Below, piece after piece: positions 25,830 to 38,313 of a DNA stretch of 38,683 nucleotides. The first letter of the stretch is position 1, and each line of letters starts with the position of its first letter. The DNA comes from Ascoidea asiatica JCM 7603. Lineage: Eukaryota > Fungi > Ascomycota. The stretch covers positions 347,485-386,167 of the forward strand of contig BCKQ01000015.1 in assembly GCA_001600695.1 (NCBI GenBank), read 5' to 3'. A program made the translations under genes and the position numbers. The notes under the pieces were generated by a model, which was not told the origin of the DNA, did no database searches, and saw only the letters and a list, made by a program, of their open reading frames with translations.

Positions 25830-26928
25830 TTGTTACATTATCTTTTATCTGCTAATATTATTGAATTATTGTCTTTGTTCAATATCGATTATTCCAATAT
25901 AACAGAGCGGTAATACTATACCACTAATAGCTACAATTCCATTTTAAATTTACCTTCATTCAACAACAATAATAATAGTTCTTTTACCTCAAGGGCCAAT
26001 AGTGCAAATTCAAAATTGAAGCCAAAAAGAAATCATATTTTCAATCATGTTAATAATAATAAAAAGAAAAAACTAAATATCTTTGAGTCTTTGTTAAAGT
26101 AATCTTACCTATTTTAATATACTCGTTTTTTTCATTGAATTATTCTTAAAGAAGTAAACCTCAAAGAATTATGACTAAAAGCATAACTGAGAATCATGGA
26201 ATGATAACAGTAACAGGAAAAGCAATAGAATACATTAACAGAATAGCAGTGATAGCAGATACCCACATTTTTCATCATTCTTCATTTACTAAAATATTTT
26301 GATTAATAGCTTATATCGAAAGAATTATTTCTGATAATAACAGTTGGAAAAATTATAAAAATTTAAATAACTCATTATTACCAAATTGAATTACATTGTT
26401 TGGTGATGGGGTTGATGGTGATAGATATTTATTATTTAAAAATGAAGAAATTTAATGGTTTGGCTATAATAGATTTAATTCAATTACTAAAACTAATTAA
26501 ATAATTAAAACAAATTGCAAAATTTATTAAAATCTAGCTGGTGATCATGATATTGGTTGGAATCCAAATATGGATTATCCTGTAAATAATAGATTCAGTT
26601 TATTTTGTGGTATGGAAGTCATATAAATTTGAGCACTACTTGTTTGTTCATAACTGTGGATACGGTTAATTTATCAGATTTATATATAGAAACGTAAAAA
26701 AATCGGAATTCATCAGATATGTTAAATCAGTATTTATCAAGCTATAATGAAAGATTTAACAACAACCAAGAGAACGCTCTTAAAGTTGTATTAACTTCAG
26801 TACCTCTTTTTATAGATCCAACCACAATCCCATATAATGCACCAACAGAAAATACTAAAGATCCATTTCCATTGAGGAATGGAGAAACTCATCAAACAAT
26901 TTCAGATAAATCTTTATCAATTTATTAA
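25830..26928 (+). pseudogene. CDC1: CDC1-like metallophosphoesterase, 5' fragment
   Basis: RIAVIADTHI, LFGDGVDGDR, LAGDHDIGW and VVLTSVPLF...TKDPFPLRNGETHQT match Cdc1 motifs (ADPQ, LGDLFDGGR, PGNHDIG, LLTHVPL, KEPFP..KG.QYQT). The start is approximate. Confidence 0.85.
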
Positions 26929-28440
26929 ATGGCAAGTGTAATCTATATTCGAGATAATTAATGTAATTTATGAATTTCAAAATCATAAAAATCTGAATAT
27001 ATATCGGAAGCGATTTTAGAAAATTTTAAAATTCAATAAAATTTATCAATAGTAAAATTAAATTTAATACCGCCACTTTTTAAAATTAATTTTAATTATT
27101 CATTCAAAATTTCAAAAAAATTAATTATTTTAATACTAATATCAAATAAAAAATTTAAAAATTCTAATATAGGGTGATTAATAACATCTTTAAATAAGTT
27201 AATTGAAATTAAGGATACGTATTTTAATCTAAATTGTTTAAATAATGAATTATTTATTGATAATTTAGCATTTATTTATTAATTATTTGATGAGACTATG
27301 GAGTTTGGTATTTCGGAGGTTACTGTTTGTCAAATTTTAAGTGAATATATCAAATTGAAAAAAGTCAAGTTTCAATTCATCAAATAATAATAATAATAGA
27401 ATCACTGATTTTAATGAATATAATTAATTTGATAGTCAACTAACTGATAATCATATTAATAGCGTAATAATATTAATTCAAGAGGTTCAATCGATTATAC
27501 ATATAAAAATCAATTAGAAAATGAGATTGCTTCGAGTATTTATAAATCATCAACACAATCATTGTCTTGGGGATCAAAACCTATATTTTATAAAAAAAAT
27601 TATTTTTTCATTGAAACTATTGCAAAAATTAATTTAACTGTAACTAGTGGTAATAATGCCAATAAATTTGAAAACTAAATAATAAATGAACAAATTTTAA
27701 TAAAATAATTTTTTCTGGAATGCCAATTTTAAAATTAGGTTTAAGTAAATATTTAGGTTCTGGTAAAATTTCAAATAATTTCATTGATTCTTTTAATGAA
27801 ATAAAATTTGATAATATAAATTTTCACCAATGTGTTCAATTGGAAAATATTCAAATAATAATATCAGAACTTTTAAACCACCAGCTGACAAATTTAAATT
27901 ATCAATTATTAAAATTAATTCCATTAAAAAAAAACTTTTAATTGCATTAAAAAACACAAAATTTAAAATTAACGAATTATCACCACTAATCGAACCTAAT
28001 AAAACAAAATTATTAATAACTTTACAGCTATTTTCATTTTTTAAAAGAAATTCAGTTTAGAAAAATACGGAAAAATAATTCCAATAATACAATATGAAAG
28101 AAAAAAAAATATTTTAATAGAAACAAGACTTAAAACTCAAATTGGTAATATTTATTTTGATTTTCACTGAAATATTATTGTCTAGAAAGTTTCTTCAATT
28201 AATGGTGGTAGATACTTTAAAAAGGTTTGAGAATTTACTGTAATTGATGACGATCTAAATGATGAAGTTAATAATTTTGATGATAAATATCAAGAACATT
28301 TATCATCATAATCTGATCAAGAACAACAAGAAAAAAAAAAATATCAGAATAATTTAAATTATAAAGATAATAAATCTCACAAATTGACTAAACATGAAAA
28401 AGATACATTAGAATTTGAAACAAAAAACAAGCAATCATGA
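26929..28440 (+). pseudogene. Clathrin adaptor mu subunit (APM1/APM2-like) pseudogene
   Basis: MASVIYI, DNLAFIY*LFDETMEFG, LSWGSKPIFYKKN, SGMPILKLGL, FHQCVQL and FKPP. Long low-complexity inserts suggest the Apm2 type. Confidence 0.87.
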
Positions 28441-28479
28441 AAAGGAAAATAAAAAAAAAGCCAATTTAGAAATTCAATT

Positions 28480-28900
28480 TTAAATATTATTAATCCAAAT
28501 TGCATTTTAACCGGTGATGATAATCATTTTTTAGAAATTATCATTCAAAACATATTAAAGAAATTAGTGTTATATCATTTTCAAACAATATTAGCCTAAC
28601 AAAACCTGGTTTTCAATTATTATTGGTTTTATATATGATTAATTTTAAAATTATTCAAAAATCTAATCCATTCAAGCCGCTTAACAAAGTGTTTAAAAAT
28701 TGAAAAAAAATTCAAAAGACCTTCATAAACTATAAAAATAATGATAATAATAGTAAACACGGTGACTACAATTAAAAATAAAACAATCTTTGTATTATTA
28801 CGATCTATTTTAAGAATTGATTTTGTTAAAATACTAATCCAACATTGATGCTGAAAATTCAAATTTTCATTCAACAACAAACTGGTCGTAAACAATTAGA
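28480..28900 (+). pseudogene. Possible 3' fragment of a Harbinger transposase
   Basis: CILTGD...FKNLIHSSR...KKFKRP...IIVNTVTTIKN, convergent with the Myb/SANT copy at 29-30 kb. Confidence 0.38.
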
Positions 28901-28959
28901 ATTCTAAATCAATATATGAAATTGGTAACAATATTAATTTATGTTTTATATCTTCTAAT

Positions 28960-30100
28960 AAATGAAAAAACTAATTAAAACACAAGTAACTAGAGATTTA
29001 AGTTTTCTTTTTTCACAACGGCTTCTGGAAGACCTTTCACATCTTGAATGACCTTCTCGAGCTGGGTGTCGATAGTTGATAAATTATGATTTAACTCCGT
29101 TGGTTGGTGTACAATCCTTATGCTACCAGGTGTTTTAATGGCTTTTCAAAATAAGAGATAAATCTTTTTTTGTTTTATCTTTTTCTTCTTTTAGATGTTT
29201 GGATTCCTAGTATGTCCGATAGATCTGATATATCTTCAAATTCAGGTAGCCGCTTGACACTTCAAAAGCGTTCTGTGGTTGGCTTTTGTTTTTTTTGAGG
29301 TTTTTTTTGCCAACCTATTTGTTTGTGGGCTTGATTCCATGCGTTTAATGGGAAACTATTTTATCTATAACAAATAAATTTCTCTTTTTATTTCTTTTAA
29401 AATAATTTGTTTCAAATTTATATTTTCTTTTTGTTTTTCAGAAATTAATGAATATGTTTTGGTAAGTTCTGTTTCTGGACGAAGTCCTGCTCCACCACCT
29501 GTAAGAGATCCATTTCCATTTTCTTTGTTTTAAAACATTGAAATCAATGTACACGTTTGTAAAACGTTGCTACAAAGTTTTTGCAGAAGAAAATGGGGTC
29601 CCATATTTTTGTTCAACATTTCTTGCAAAGTTTAGCATTTGTTTTTGTAGCTATTCTACTTAAATCAAGTTTGTCTGCCATTCGGGATAATACTAAGTTA
29701 GTTAGTTCTAAATGTTTAATAGGTGAGCAGTCACCTCTCTTTATTTGTTGAGAATTTTCGCTTTTGTGAAATAAATATAAAATATTGAAAAAATAAATGG
29801 ATTAATACGATTCTTTGATTGTTTTTGTGTTATCTCAAAAAAATGTTTTTTATAATTATTTTTTATTTCTTAATGTAGTTTATTATAACTTTTCCTATAT
29901 AACATTATTTAATTGAGAAGTTTTTGGCGTTGGTTAAGTCAGTCAGGAGCGTACCCATGTAGATTCGTTTTCTGAAAGCTCTTTTGTAAATTAGAAATCG
30001 AAATATTGATTACCAAATCATACTTTACGGGTGCAAAATATACCAGAATTTAACTGGCGCTCTAAGTTTCTTCCACTTATACCTCCTCTTACCAGAAGAA
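28960..30100 (-). mobile_element. Harbinger-type SANT/trihelix gene relic plus upstream end, copy A
   Basis: The reverse complement is colinear with ~30780-31990 (roughly 70-75% by eye), e.g. 29461-29512 vs 31437-31490. Confidence 0.7.
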
Positions 30101-30743
30101 AAACTTAGGTAAAATTGTTCTACTACCAATTAGAATTACTGCCCTTACGTGCCCTATACAATTTTGGACAACCATTCTTAGAATTCCAATCCTGTTATTT
30201 GGTTCAGTCAAATGTTTTAGTACACCTTTTTGTACCTGGATATAAACTAATTTTTAATTTATTTGTAGCCAGATTTCCAATCCGCTATCTAAAGAACGCT
30301 TGAACTAGCTCCGACCTCCAAGCTAGTAGAGCGTTCGCCACAACCAAGAATATGTTTTCAATCTGGGAAAATCGAACACTGTAGCTTCCATTTGATTGAT
30401 TATGGTTAGCAAGAACTAAACTAATTAAACGCTTCACTTTGCAAATCGTATATTCAATTGTAGTAATGGTCGCTCTGGCCAGGTTGGAAAATGATGTGGA
30501 GAAAGTCTTAGTAGCACCTAGTTGGTTTCTAAAACCATATTCTTTTTGACGTGATCCTCGTCTCTTTGTAATTCAGCTGCCAGTGTACCCAAGTAGGTAC
30601 ACACTGAATTTGTCGAAACAACCACGGTGCATTCCAGTTACCCGGGTGTTAACTACATTTCCTGGGTGTTCCAAACTCAGGAATGTGAAACGTTGGGCAT
30701 TTTTTACATTAGAGTTTCCTGCCATGATTATTAAACCCCATTA

Positions 30744-32505
30744 GAGCACTTTTGCACAAGCTTTTTTTTTGATAAGTGGACCTATAAGTGGAAGGAACGT
30801 GAACTCCACTTATCAGAGGAACACACTTTGAACTCCAGTTACGAGATAAGGGGTGTTATCAGCTGCACTTATTTTATCCCTGGCGTTCCCTAATCCACTT
30901 AAGTTAAGGTATTCTTAGCACCCGTGAAGTACCATTTTGTAATTGATATTTTCATTTGCAAAGAAAATATCTTTATAAAAACTAAATCTACACCGCTTGC
31001 CTCTCGTTAATTTAACCAACCCCAAAAACATTTTAATTAAAAATCCTTATATATCACAAATTACAATGAAACAAATTATACGATAACAAACAGTTATAAA
31101 AAACTTTTTGGGCAATAACTCAAAAACATGTCAGCAAGGTACTAATTAAATTACTTTTTCATTTTGTTATATATTACAATTCAAATGGAAAACTGTCAAC
31201 AAGTCAAACAAGGTGACTGAAGACCTATGACAGCTTTAGAACGAGCGATATTTGTTTTATTTCTAAACCCAGAAATACTTGATTTAAACAGTCGAACTCC
31301 AAAGAGAAACTAGAAAACATTTTAAGCAATGATTAACAAAAATAAGGGAACCTCATTTTCTTCAGCCAAAACTTTTAAAGAACGTTTCACAAAAGAATAC
31401 AATGATTTCAAAGAGTTGAGAAAACAAAAAGAGACTGGATCGCGTACAGTTGGTGGTGCAGGAATTCTTGCAGAAACAGAACTTACTGAAACGTATTGAT
31501 CAATTTTTGAAAAAGAAAAAGAAAATATACATTTAAAGCAAAATCGACCAAAGGAAAAACAATTGAGAAAAATAGGTGCACTGGAAATAAAAGAGTTTGC
31601 CTTTAAAAAAATGGAATCCCAAACCCAAATCAATACATTGGCGAAACAACTGTAAAAAAAAAAACTTGACAAACAACTTTCGTGATACCCAACGTTTTCC
31701 TGATGGTAAAGAAATCTTAGGTATATCTGACAAAGTACGAATCTAAACACCTAAAAGACGACAAAACGATAAAACAAAAAAAGATTTAAATGTCATTCTA
31801 GAGGCCATCAAAACAGCTGATAGCATCAGGATTGAAGGCTAACCGGCACAGCTATAGTAAATTATTGATCTTTTTCATTAATTACTTGGTTCAACTTAGC
31901 CTTGCTTTCTACTTTAATTACTTCTGTTTTGCTTAAGACTTTTAACCCACAATTACTTGTTTTGTGTTTTTCTCTTTGATTTACTTTTTGCTAACCCTAA
32001 TATTTATCAACTGCCAGGGCTCTACTGTGACCGTTCTAATTATTTGCCTTGTTAGGTTTTTCTCCGATCACATGTTTTCGTGGTCACCGGGTTGGCACCG
32101 GGGATGCAAATGCTTTTTGTTTTTCGTCCAATGAAAAATTTTCACTTCAATGAAAACATTTCACTTGTCTGAAAAACTTGGCACTTGCTCAATTACTTTG
32201 GCAATTGTTCGCTGAATTGCAATCTGCTGCTGTTTTGCAAAGTTCTTTCCAGCTTTGCTAATTTAACATAAATAGCTTTTTTTCCTGTTTTATTTTCATT
32301 ATCTCTTTTATATTTTTCTTTTTCCTTCTTTACCGAAAAATATACTTCTTTTTTATATATTAATTACCTCAATTATTTCTTTAATATATTATTACAAGTT
32401 ATAAAATTTATTAAGGTAAATAATAATTTATCAACTATGGTAGAATAGTTTGAGAGGTCCATTCAAGAAACGAAAGAACTTGTACAGGTCTTTGTGCAAA
32501 AACCA
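30744..32505 (+). mobile_element. Putative non-autonomous Harbinger derivative carrying a SANT/trihelix gene relic, copy B
   Basis: Left end TTA|GAGCACTTTTGCACAA, with the inverted core TTGTGCAAAA at ~32492. Coding relic from ATG 31128: AMINKNKGTSFSSAKTFKERFTKEYNDFKELRKQKETGS. Confidence 0.62.
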
Positions 32506-32519
32506 AAATTAAATCCCTA

Positions 32520-35070
32520 GGTAATTGAAATCTTAATTTATTTGTTCATTTATTAGTAATTATAGCAAATTCATTAGTATCTTTACCTTTTTTAGTTACT
32601 GATTTAATAGTTGTATTACTTTCATCCTAATAAAATTAATTCTTAAAACTGATTGCAAAATTACAATCAGGTTTTAAATTTTATTTGTACTCCTGATATT
32701 TACAATTATTTTCGATTTCTTTAAGCCTTGATAAGGTCTTTAGAATTTTAATTACTTTTTGAACAGTTTATTAAAACGCTTCGACGGCTTAAATTTTTCA
32801 ATATTTTTAAAATTCAAAATATATTTCTAAAAGCAGTAAGAAAACCTGGACTTGTTAGTCCCACATTGAAAATGATTTAACAATAAGTTCATTGTAAATT
32901 TTAATTCTTTTTCGTGAATTGGTAATTTGATATGTGCATCAAATAATTTTCCTAATAAATTTAAACAACTTTATTGTCCTTTAACTAATCTATCAGTCTA
33001 CTGATTTGTACTACCAAAATCAGTACGAGATTTTTTTCCAGACATATTTCTACCTCCTTTGGATACTCTGATTTTAAAGTCCACAACATTACTCGAAGTA
33101 ATTTTTAAAATTGATAATAAATCGGCAAAAACAATAGAATTAAATTCCTCATTTTTATTAATCATATTATTTAATTCAATCTTTTCTACCATTTTATAAT
33201 CTTCATTATTTGAATGATTCATAATAGTACTTATAATAAATTTTCCTGCTGACATTTGTTTATTTAGAAACCAGACCATAGCATTTGAAGAATTAATAAT
33301 AGTGGAATCACATGCTAGAAGTGCTCCAGATGAAAATACAAATCCTTTCCAAAATTCTTTTAAAATTCTTTTAATGAAATAAGTTCTGCTTCCTGATTAA
33401 TGTTTTTATTCTTACTCTTAAGCATGGTCTAAATTGGTATCAAACAATTATCATAATAAATATGAAGTAAAACCATAAAATTTTCCAGCATAGAATCAAA
33501 TATCCAATGGTTCAGGAACAATCTCAATGTATGATTTTCCATTGCATTCTTTATTATCAAGTTGAGCATAATTATATTCATAGGAAAATGAATTTAATTT
33601 CTTTGTTTCAGATTATAACTTCAATATTAATTGCATGGATTTAAACTTGAATCTACCAATAACTTCTCCTGAAAATCTAATTCATTTTTGTTAGCCAATT
33701 CTAAAAATTTTTTATCCTCGGAAAAATGTTTAACATTAGATGAATTTAATTGTATTGCGTCAAATCTAATTTTATTGCCAACGTCACGTTGTGTTGTTAA
33801 TGTATAATCTTCAAGCTGACCTAATAATCCTATCACAAAAAGTGGAGAAAACGGATACGAATTTAATTCTTCTTGTTGAACTGTTGTAAAAACAATTGAA
33901 ATAGATGATATTAAATTCTTTCTTATTTGATAATCTACTTTGTTATCCAAAAGAATTGGTAAAATCTTGGAATCAAGATAAGGAAAATTATGACTTAGAT
34001 CTAAATAGCCTACATTTTCACAATTAATTAAATTACCATTCCTAAGATAGTTCACCAAGTTTTTGAAAAATATGATACTATCAAATATTAATGATTTCAA
34101 ATTGATTTCCGATAAATTTTCAACATATAGTTTGAATTTTTCAGAAATAAAAGTATCAGTCTGTCTGATAATATCGAAAACTCATTTATATAATATTGGA
34201 CCTATAGGATCCTCTCCCTTATTTTGATTTTGTTTTTTTGATAAATCTTTCTTTTCAAATAACAATAGATGATTTATATATGGAAGAATAGTGGCGGAAA
34301 GGTAGACAGATATAAAGGATTGTGAATAATATTTGCCAACCTATTAAACCATATCTTCCTAATAATTCTTGAATAACTACACTTGCACCTCTGCTATTCA
34401 TTAAATTTTTATCAAAACTATTAACAATTATTAACTCATTGAATAATTATAACAAAATTTTAAGAGAAATTTCTTCTTTTTGGTTTCTATAACTTTTTCT
34501 AAAAGACCAAGCAAGATAAACAGAAGAATCAAGAACACTTGAACCAGAAATCAACGTTATTCTTTCTTGTTTACTATCTTTATAAAATATGCTTTTTCTT
34601 CTCCAAGATATTGATGATGTTCAAATTCTAAACATTTTTGAATAAATTTCAATTTCTAGTTGACTTTTGTTCGTATAGTCCATTGAACAGCTTGAATTAT
34701 TGTGATTATTATTGTTATCAGCTATTTGATTATGAAATTCATCATATTGATCATAATCACTGATTGTATTACTATCCTTTTTTGATGAATTGAAACTTCA
34801 GATTTTTAATTTAAAATATTCATTCCAAATTTGATAATGAGTAACTTGAGCGATAGAAAATCCCTAATTTCACCAAATAGCTTATAAATTAATGTATACT
34901 TATCATCAAAAAATTCATTATTTAAACATTTTACATTGAAATAAGTTTTTAAAATTTCAATTAAATTATTTTAAAAATGTTATCAATAACACAAAGTTAC
35001 AATTTTTAAAATTTTGATTTGTTATTCATAATAAGCAAATTAGAGTGTTTAGATGTTAAAAAGATAATTA
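32520..35070 (-). pseudogene. CIN1: Tubulin-folding cofactor D (CIN1/TBCD) pseudogene, internally deleted
   Basis: GSSVLDSSVYLAWSF (cf. G.nVRDaacY.cWaf), FDKNLMNSRGASVVIQELLGR (cf. FDrevncRRAAsAafQE.vGR), LEDYTLTTQRDVGNKIR (cf. LdDYt.d.rGDVGs.vR) and FWKGFVFSSG. Confidence 0.85.
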
Positions 35071-36201
35071 AACATTTTAAATTAATGTTTCTAGTAATAA
35101 TAATTTACCAATTAATTCATCATCCTTTTCAAATAAAACTACCAAACAAATATGTTTAATTAAAACTTATAGAAATATTATTAGAAAAAAAAAAAATGGC
35201 AATATTACTCATAATATCTATAATATTAAAAATAATATTGATTTAACTGATACTGCTGTTGCTTCAAATGATGACAATACCAATAATATTAGTTATGATT
35301 TTTCCCATTTAAAGTTCCATGAAAATATTGATGATGATGAGATGACGATGATGACGATGAACATGAGCTTATTTAAAGTGATCATAGTGATATAAATAAG
35401 CATATTGATATCAATCATAATAATAAAAATAATACAAATATCAAGAAATTTTATAACCATAATGAAATATATAACTCTTCTAATTCTTCTTCTTCAACTT
35501 CTTATTCTGAACCACCTTTTGAAAATATTGATGCTAATATTACTACTAATTGAAATTCTATATGTGCTACCACTTATTCCACAATATCTGAATCAAATAA
35601 TTCAACTAGTATTCCGACTAAGAATAATAAAAAAAATAGTAATCAAGATATTAAAGATAATAATAATCATAAACACAACTCTCAATCTGAAACTCTAGAA
35701 ATAAAAAATATAACTCCTGCAACTGATTTTTAATTTTGATTAAATTACTCAACTCAAATTGAAGATTATAAAATCAAAGATTCAAAATATTTTTCCTGGG
35801 AAATTGAAATTTCTACAAATATTAAAGATTCAAAAAATACTTCTGCAATTTATAATGGCGTTAATTTGATAATACTATTTTAATTTTTCCAAAAGGTAGT
35901 AATAATAATTCTTTACCAAAGTATTTACAACCACTACCTGAAGTAAAAAAACGTTTAAATAATAAATTTTTTAATTATTGTCATCATAGATTTTATAAAG
36001 ATGAAACTGATTGGGGTTTTACAAATTTTGTTGATTTAAGCCCTGTATCAAAAGTTCAGAATGTTAATCCAGGCTATTTATCTTCAAATAATAATTTAAA
36101 TATTACTGAATTTATAAATGTTATTCAATATTCAAGTGGTGTTTTATGACATAGTTTTTAAATTATGATTCAGAAAAGAAAATTGGGTAGGTTCGTTTAG
36201 C

Positions 36202-37367
36202 CTAAAAAATTTAATTTTATTCATTTTAGAAAATCTGCCAACTTTTTTTAAAAATCTTAAATTTAAATTCATACCAAATTTTCTAAAAGCATATCTATTT
36301 CAATTCATTTCTTTCATTTCATTTCATTTGGTTCATTTGAGTTCATTTTCTGTCTTTTCGTTAAAGATAATCATTATCATAGATAAACATATATATAAAT
36401 GTAAAGAAAATCTTAAATATTTTGGAATGTTATACACTTTTCTTTTCCTTTATCAATCTGATTGTATCAGTTATGAGTAATATTTTCATAGCTTCAACTT
36501 CAACCTCACTATTAAATGAAGAAACGTATTCACCTTCAAATATTGATATAAATATAAATAATAATAATAATAATCAAAAAAATTCAAAAATACCAATATC
36601 AATATTTTATATACTTTTTTGGTTATTTAATTGGTTCTTTATTATTTTATTATATTATGTATCTTCTTTTATAATATCTTAATTATCAACGAATATTTCA
36701 ATAAGTTCAGCGTTCAATTCATTATTATTCATATTAATAATTATCACTGAGTTCATTTATGCATTTGTAAGACCTAAGTATTTAAGAAAATAATCAAATT
36801 TAGCAATCGAAAATCAAATAATCTTACCACAGTTTCACAATTCAGATTGAAAACTTATTTTCGAAGTTGATGTTATCGATGATTATAATGGTGTAAATAA
36901 ATCTCAATTTTTGAAATTCTTAAACGAATTCCTCTATCCTATTACTTTCATTGGTTATTGAGAAAAACCTGTATTTCATGAATCAGCAAAATCAATTAAA
37001 GCTCAAAAATTAGATAAAAATGAAATTTTGTTCTTAGATACATCTATGGGTTTCCCAATCATTGATGATGGTACAATTAATGTTTACAATAAAATTCAAA
37101 TTTTTAATGATAATGACATTAACAATAACAACTTCAGTGATAATAATAATGAGAAAGAGAATAACAATTCAAATAATACTTTAAATCTCAGTTTTAATGA
37201 AAATTTGAATTCTAGCTTCAATAATAATTATTATAATGATGATTCTTTTATACTAGATAATCAAAAAATATGATTTATTCAGTGAGGTTCAAAGTAGTGC
37301 TCCATTAAGTTCTCTAATAAGTGTATTATCTTTATTGACTGATGGTAATCATACGACACCTACCAAC

Positions 37368-37398
<31 letters not shown>

Positions 37399-37445
37399 TT
37401 GATAATAATAATAATAAAAATACTGATGAGTTATCAAACTTAACT
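36202..37445 (+). pseudogene. NTE1: 5' fragment of NTE1 lysophospholipase with upstream non-coding DNA, inserted in UBP15 copy B
   Basis: N-terminal hydrophobic segments, then FLNEFLYPITFIGY*EKPVFHESAKSIKAQKLDKNEILFLDTSMGFPIIDDGTINVY and KYDLFSEVQSSAPLSSLISVLSLLT, matching the Nte1 first cNMP-binding region. Confidence 0.85.
37366..37415 (+). repeat. (AAT)n microsatellite / poly-Asn tract
   Basis: Directly visible AAT run. Confidence 0.9.
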
Positions 37446-38313
37446 AATTTAAGCCGCAAGATTGTTATTAAATTTTTTACTACAAGCTTATTTTTATTGT
37501 AACTATTTTAGAATCATTATTTATAAAATGCCTTATAATTGTGATAATTCTGTTAGAATTGCTTTGCATGGATTAGTTTATCAATTACAAACTTTGCAAG
37601 CCTCAGTTGATACTTCTTGTTTAACAAGATTTTTTAGTTGGGCTAATGGTGATCCATTCACAGAGCATGATGTACAAGAATTAAATAGAATTTTAATGGA
37701 TATATTTTAAAATATTAGGAAATGTACAGATGGTGAAGGTCTTTTATCAAATATTTTTGTTGGTAAAATTAAAACATATGTTAAAAGTATTTATGTTATT
37801 TATGAATCTTCAAGAAGTGATGGTTTTGCGCAGATAACATTAAATTTGAAACCATTAAAAGGTTTAAATGATTCTTTCAAAATTATATTGAAGTTGAATT
37901 ACTTGTTGGTGAAAATCAATATGATGCTGGTGATCAGGATGACAAGAAAGGGGGTGGATATGAAAGTTTTCCATCTATTGTAGATTCACAATTAAAAATA
38001 TGTGAATATGTTTTTAAATATGATTAATTAAAGACAATTAATTATCGTAATAATTCTTCAGATACAATTAATTTATAACCATAATTAGATCAAACAAATA
38101 AAACACTTTTAAATGAGCATTCGATTTATAATCTTTAAGGTACTTTAGTTCGTCTAGGTGATAATAAAATAAAATTTCTATAAAAGATAATTAATAATAA
38201 TAATGATTAGTATATATTAAAAGATAATATATAAAAGTTATCATAAAAATTCTTAAAGGTATATGATCAAAATAAAGAAAAATAATTTTCAAAAGTAAGG
38301 GAAAAACAACCTC

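Larger units (their letters stand above)
35196..38162 (+). pseudogene. UBP15: UBP15/USP7-like pseudogene, copy B, split by a ~1.25-kb insertion
   Basis: ATG at 35196; HRFYKDETDWGFTNF. The gene breaks at ~36201 and resumes at ~37450 (LNFLLQAYF, TEHDVQELNRILMD, NQYDAG). It ends at the His box (GTLVRLGD) and is homologous to copy A. Confidence 0.93.

Noticed and set aside
30110-30725. Minus-strand gag-like relic starting at ATG ~30725
   Set aside because: Only a vague Ty3/gypsy gag resemblance. The apparent PBS at ~30930 is part of the inverted Harbinger homology.
7516-38162. Alternative genetic code (stop reassignment) explaining the broken ORFs
   Set aside because: All three stop types occur together with frameshifts, deletions and lost catalytic residues, which fits decay.
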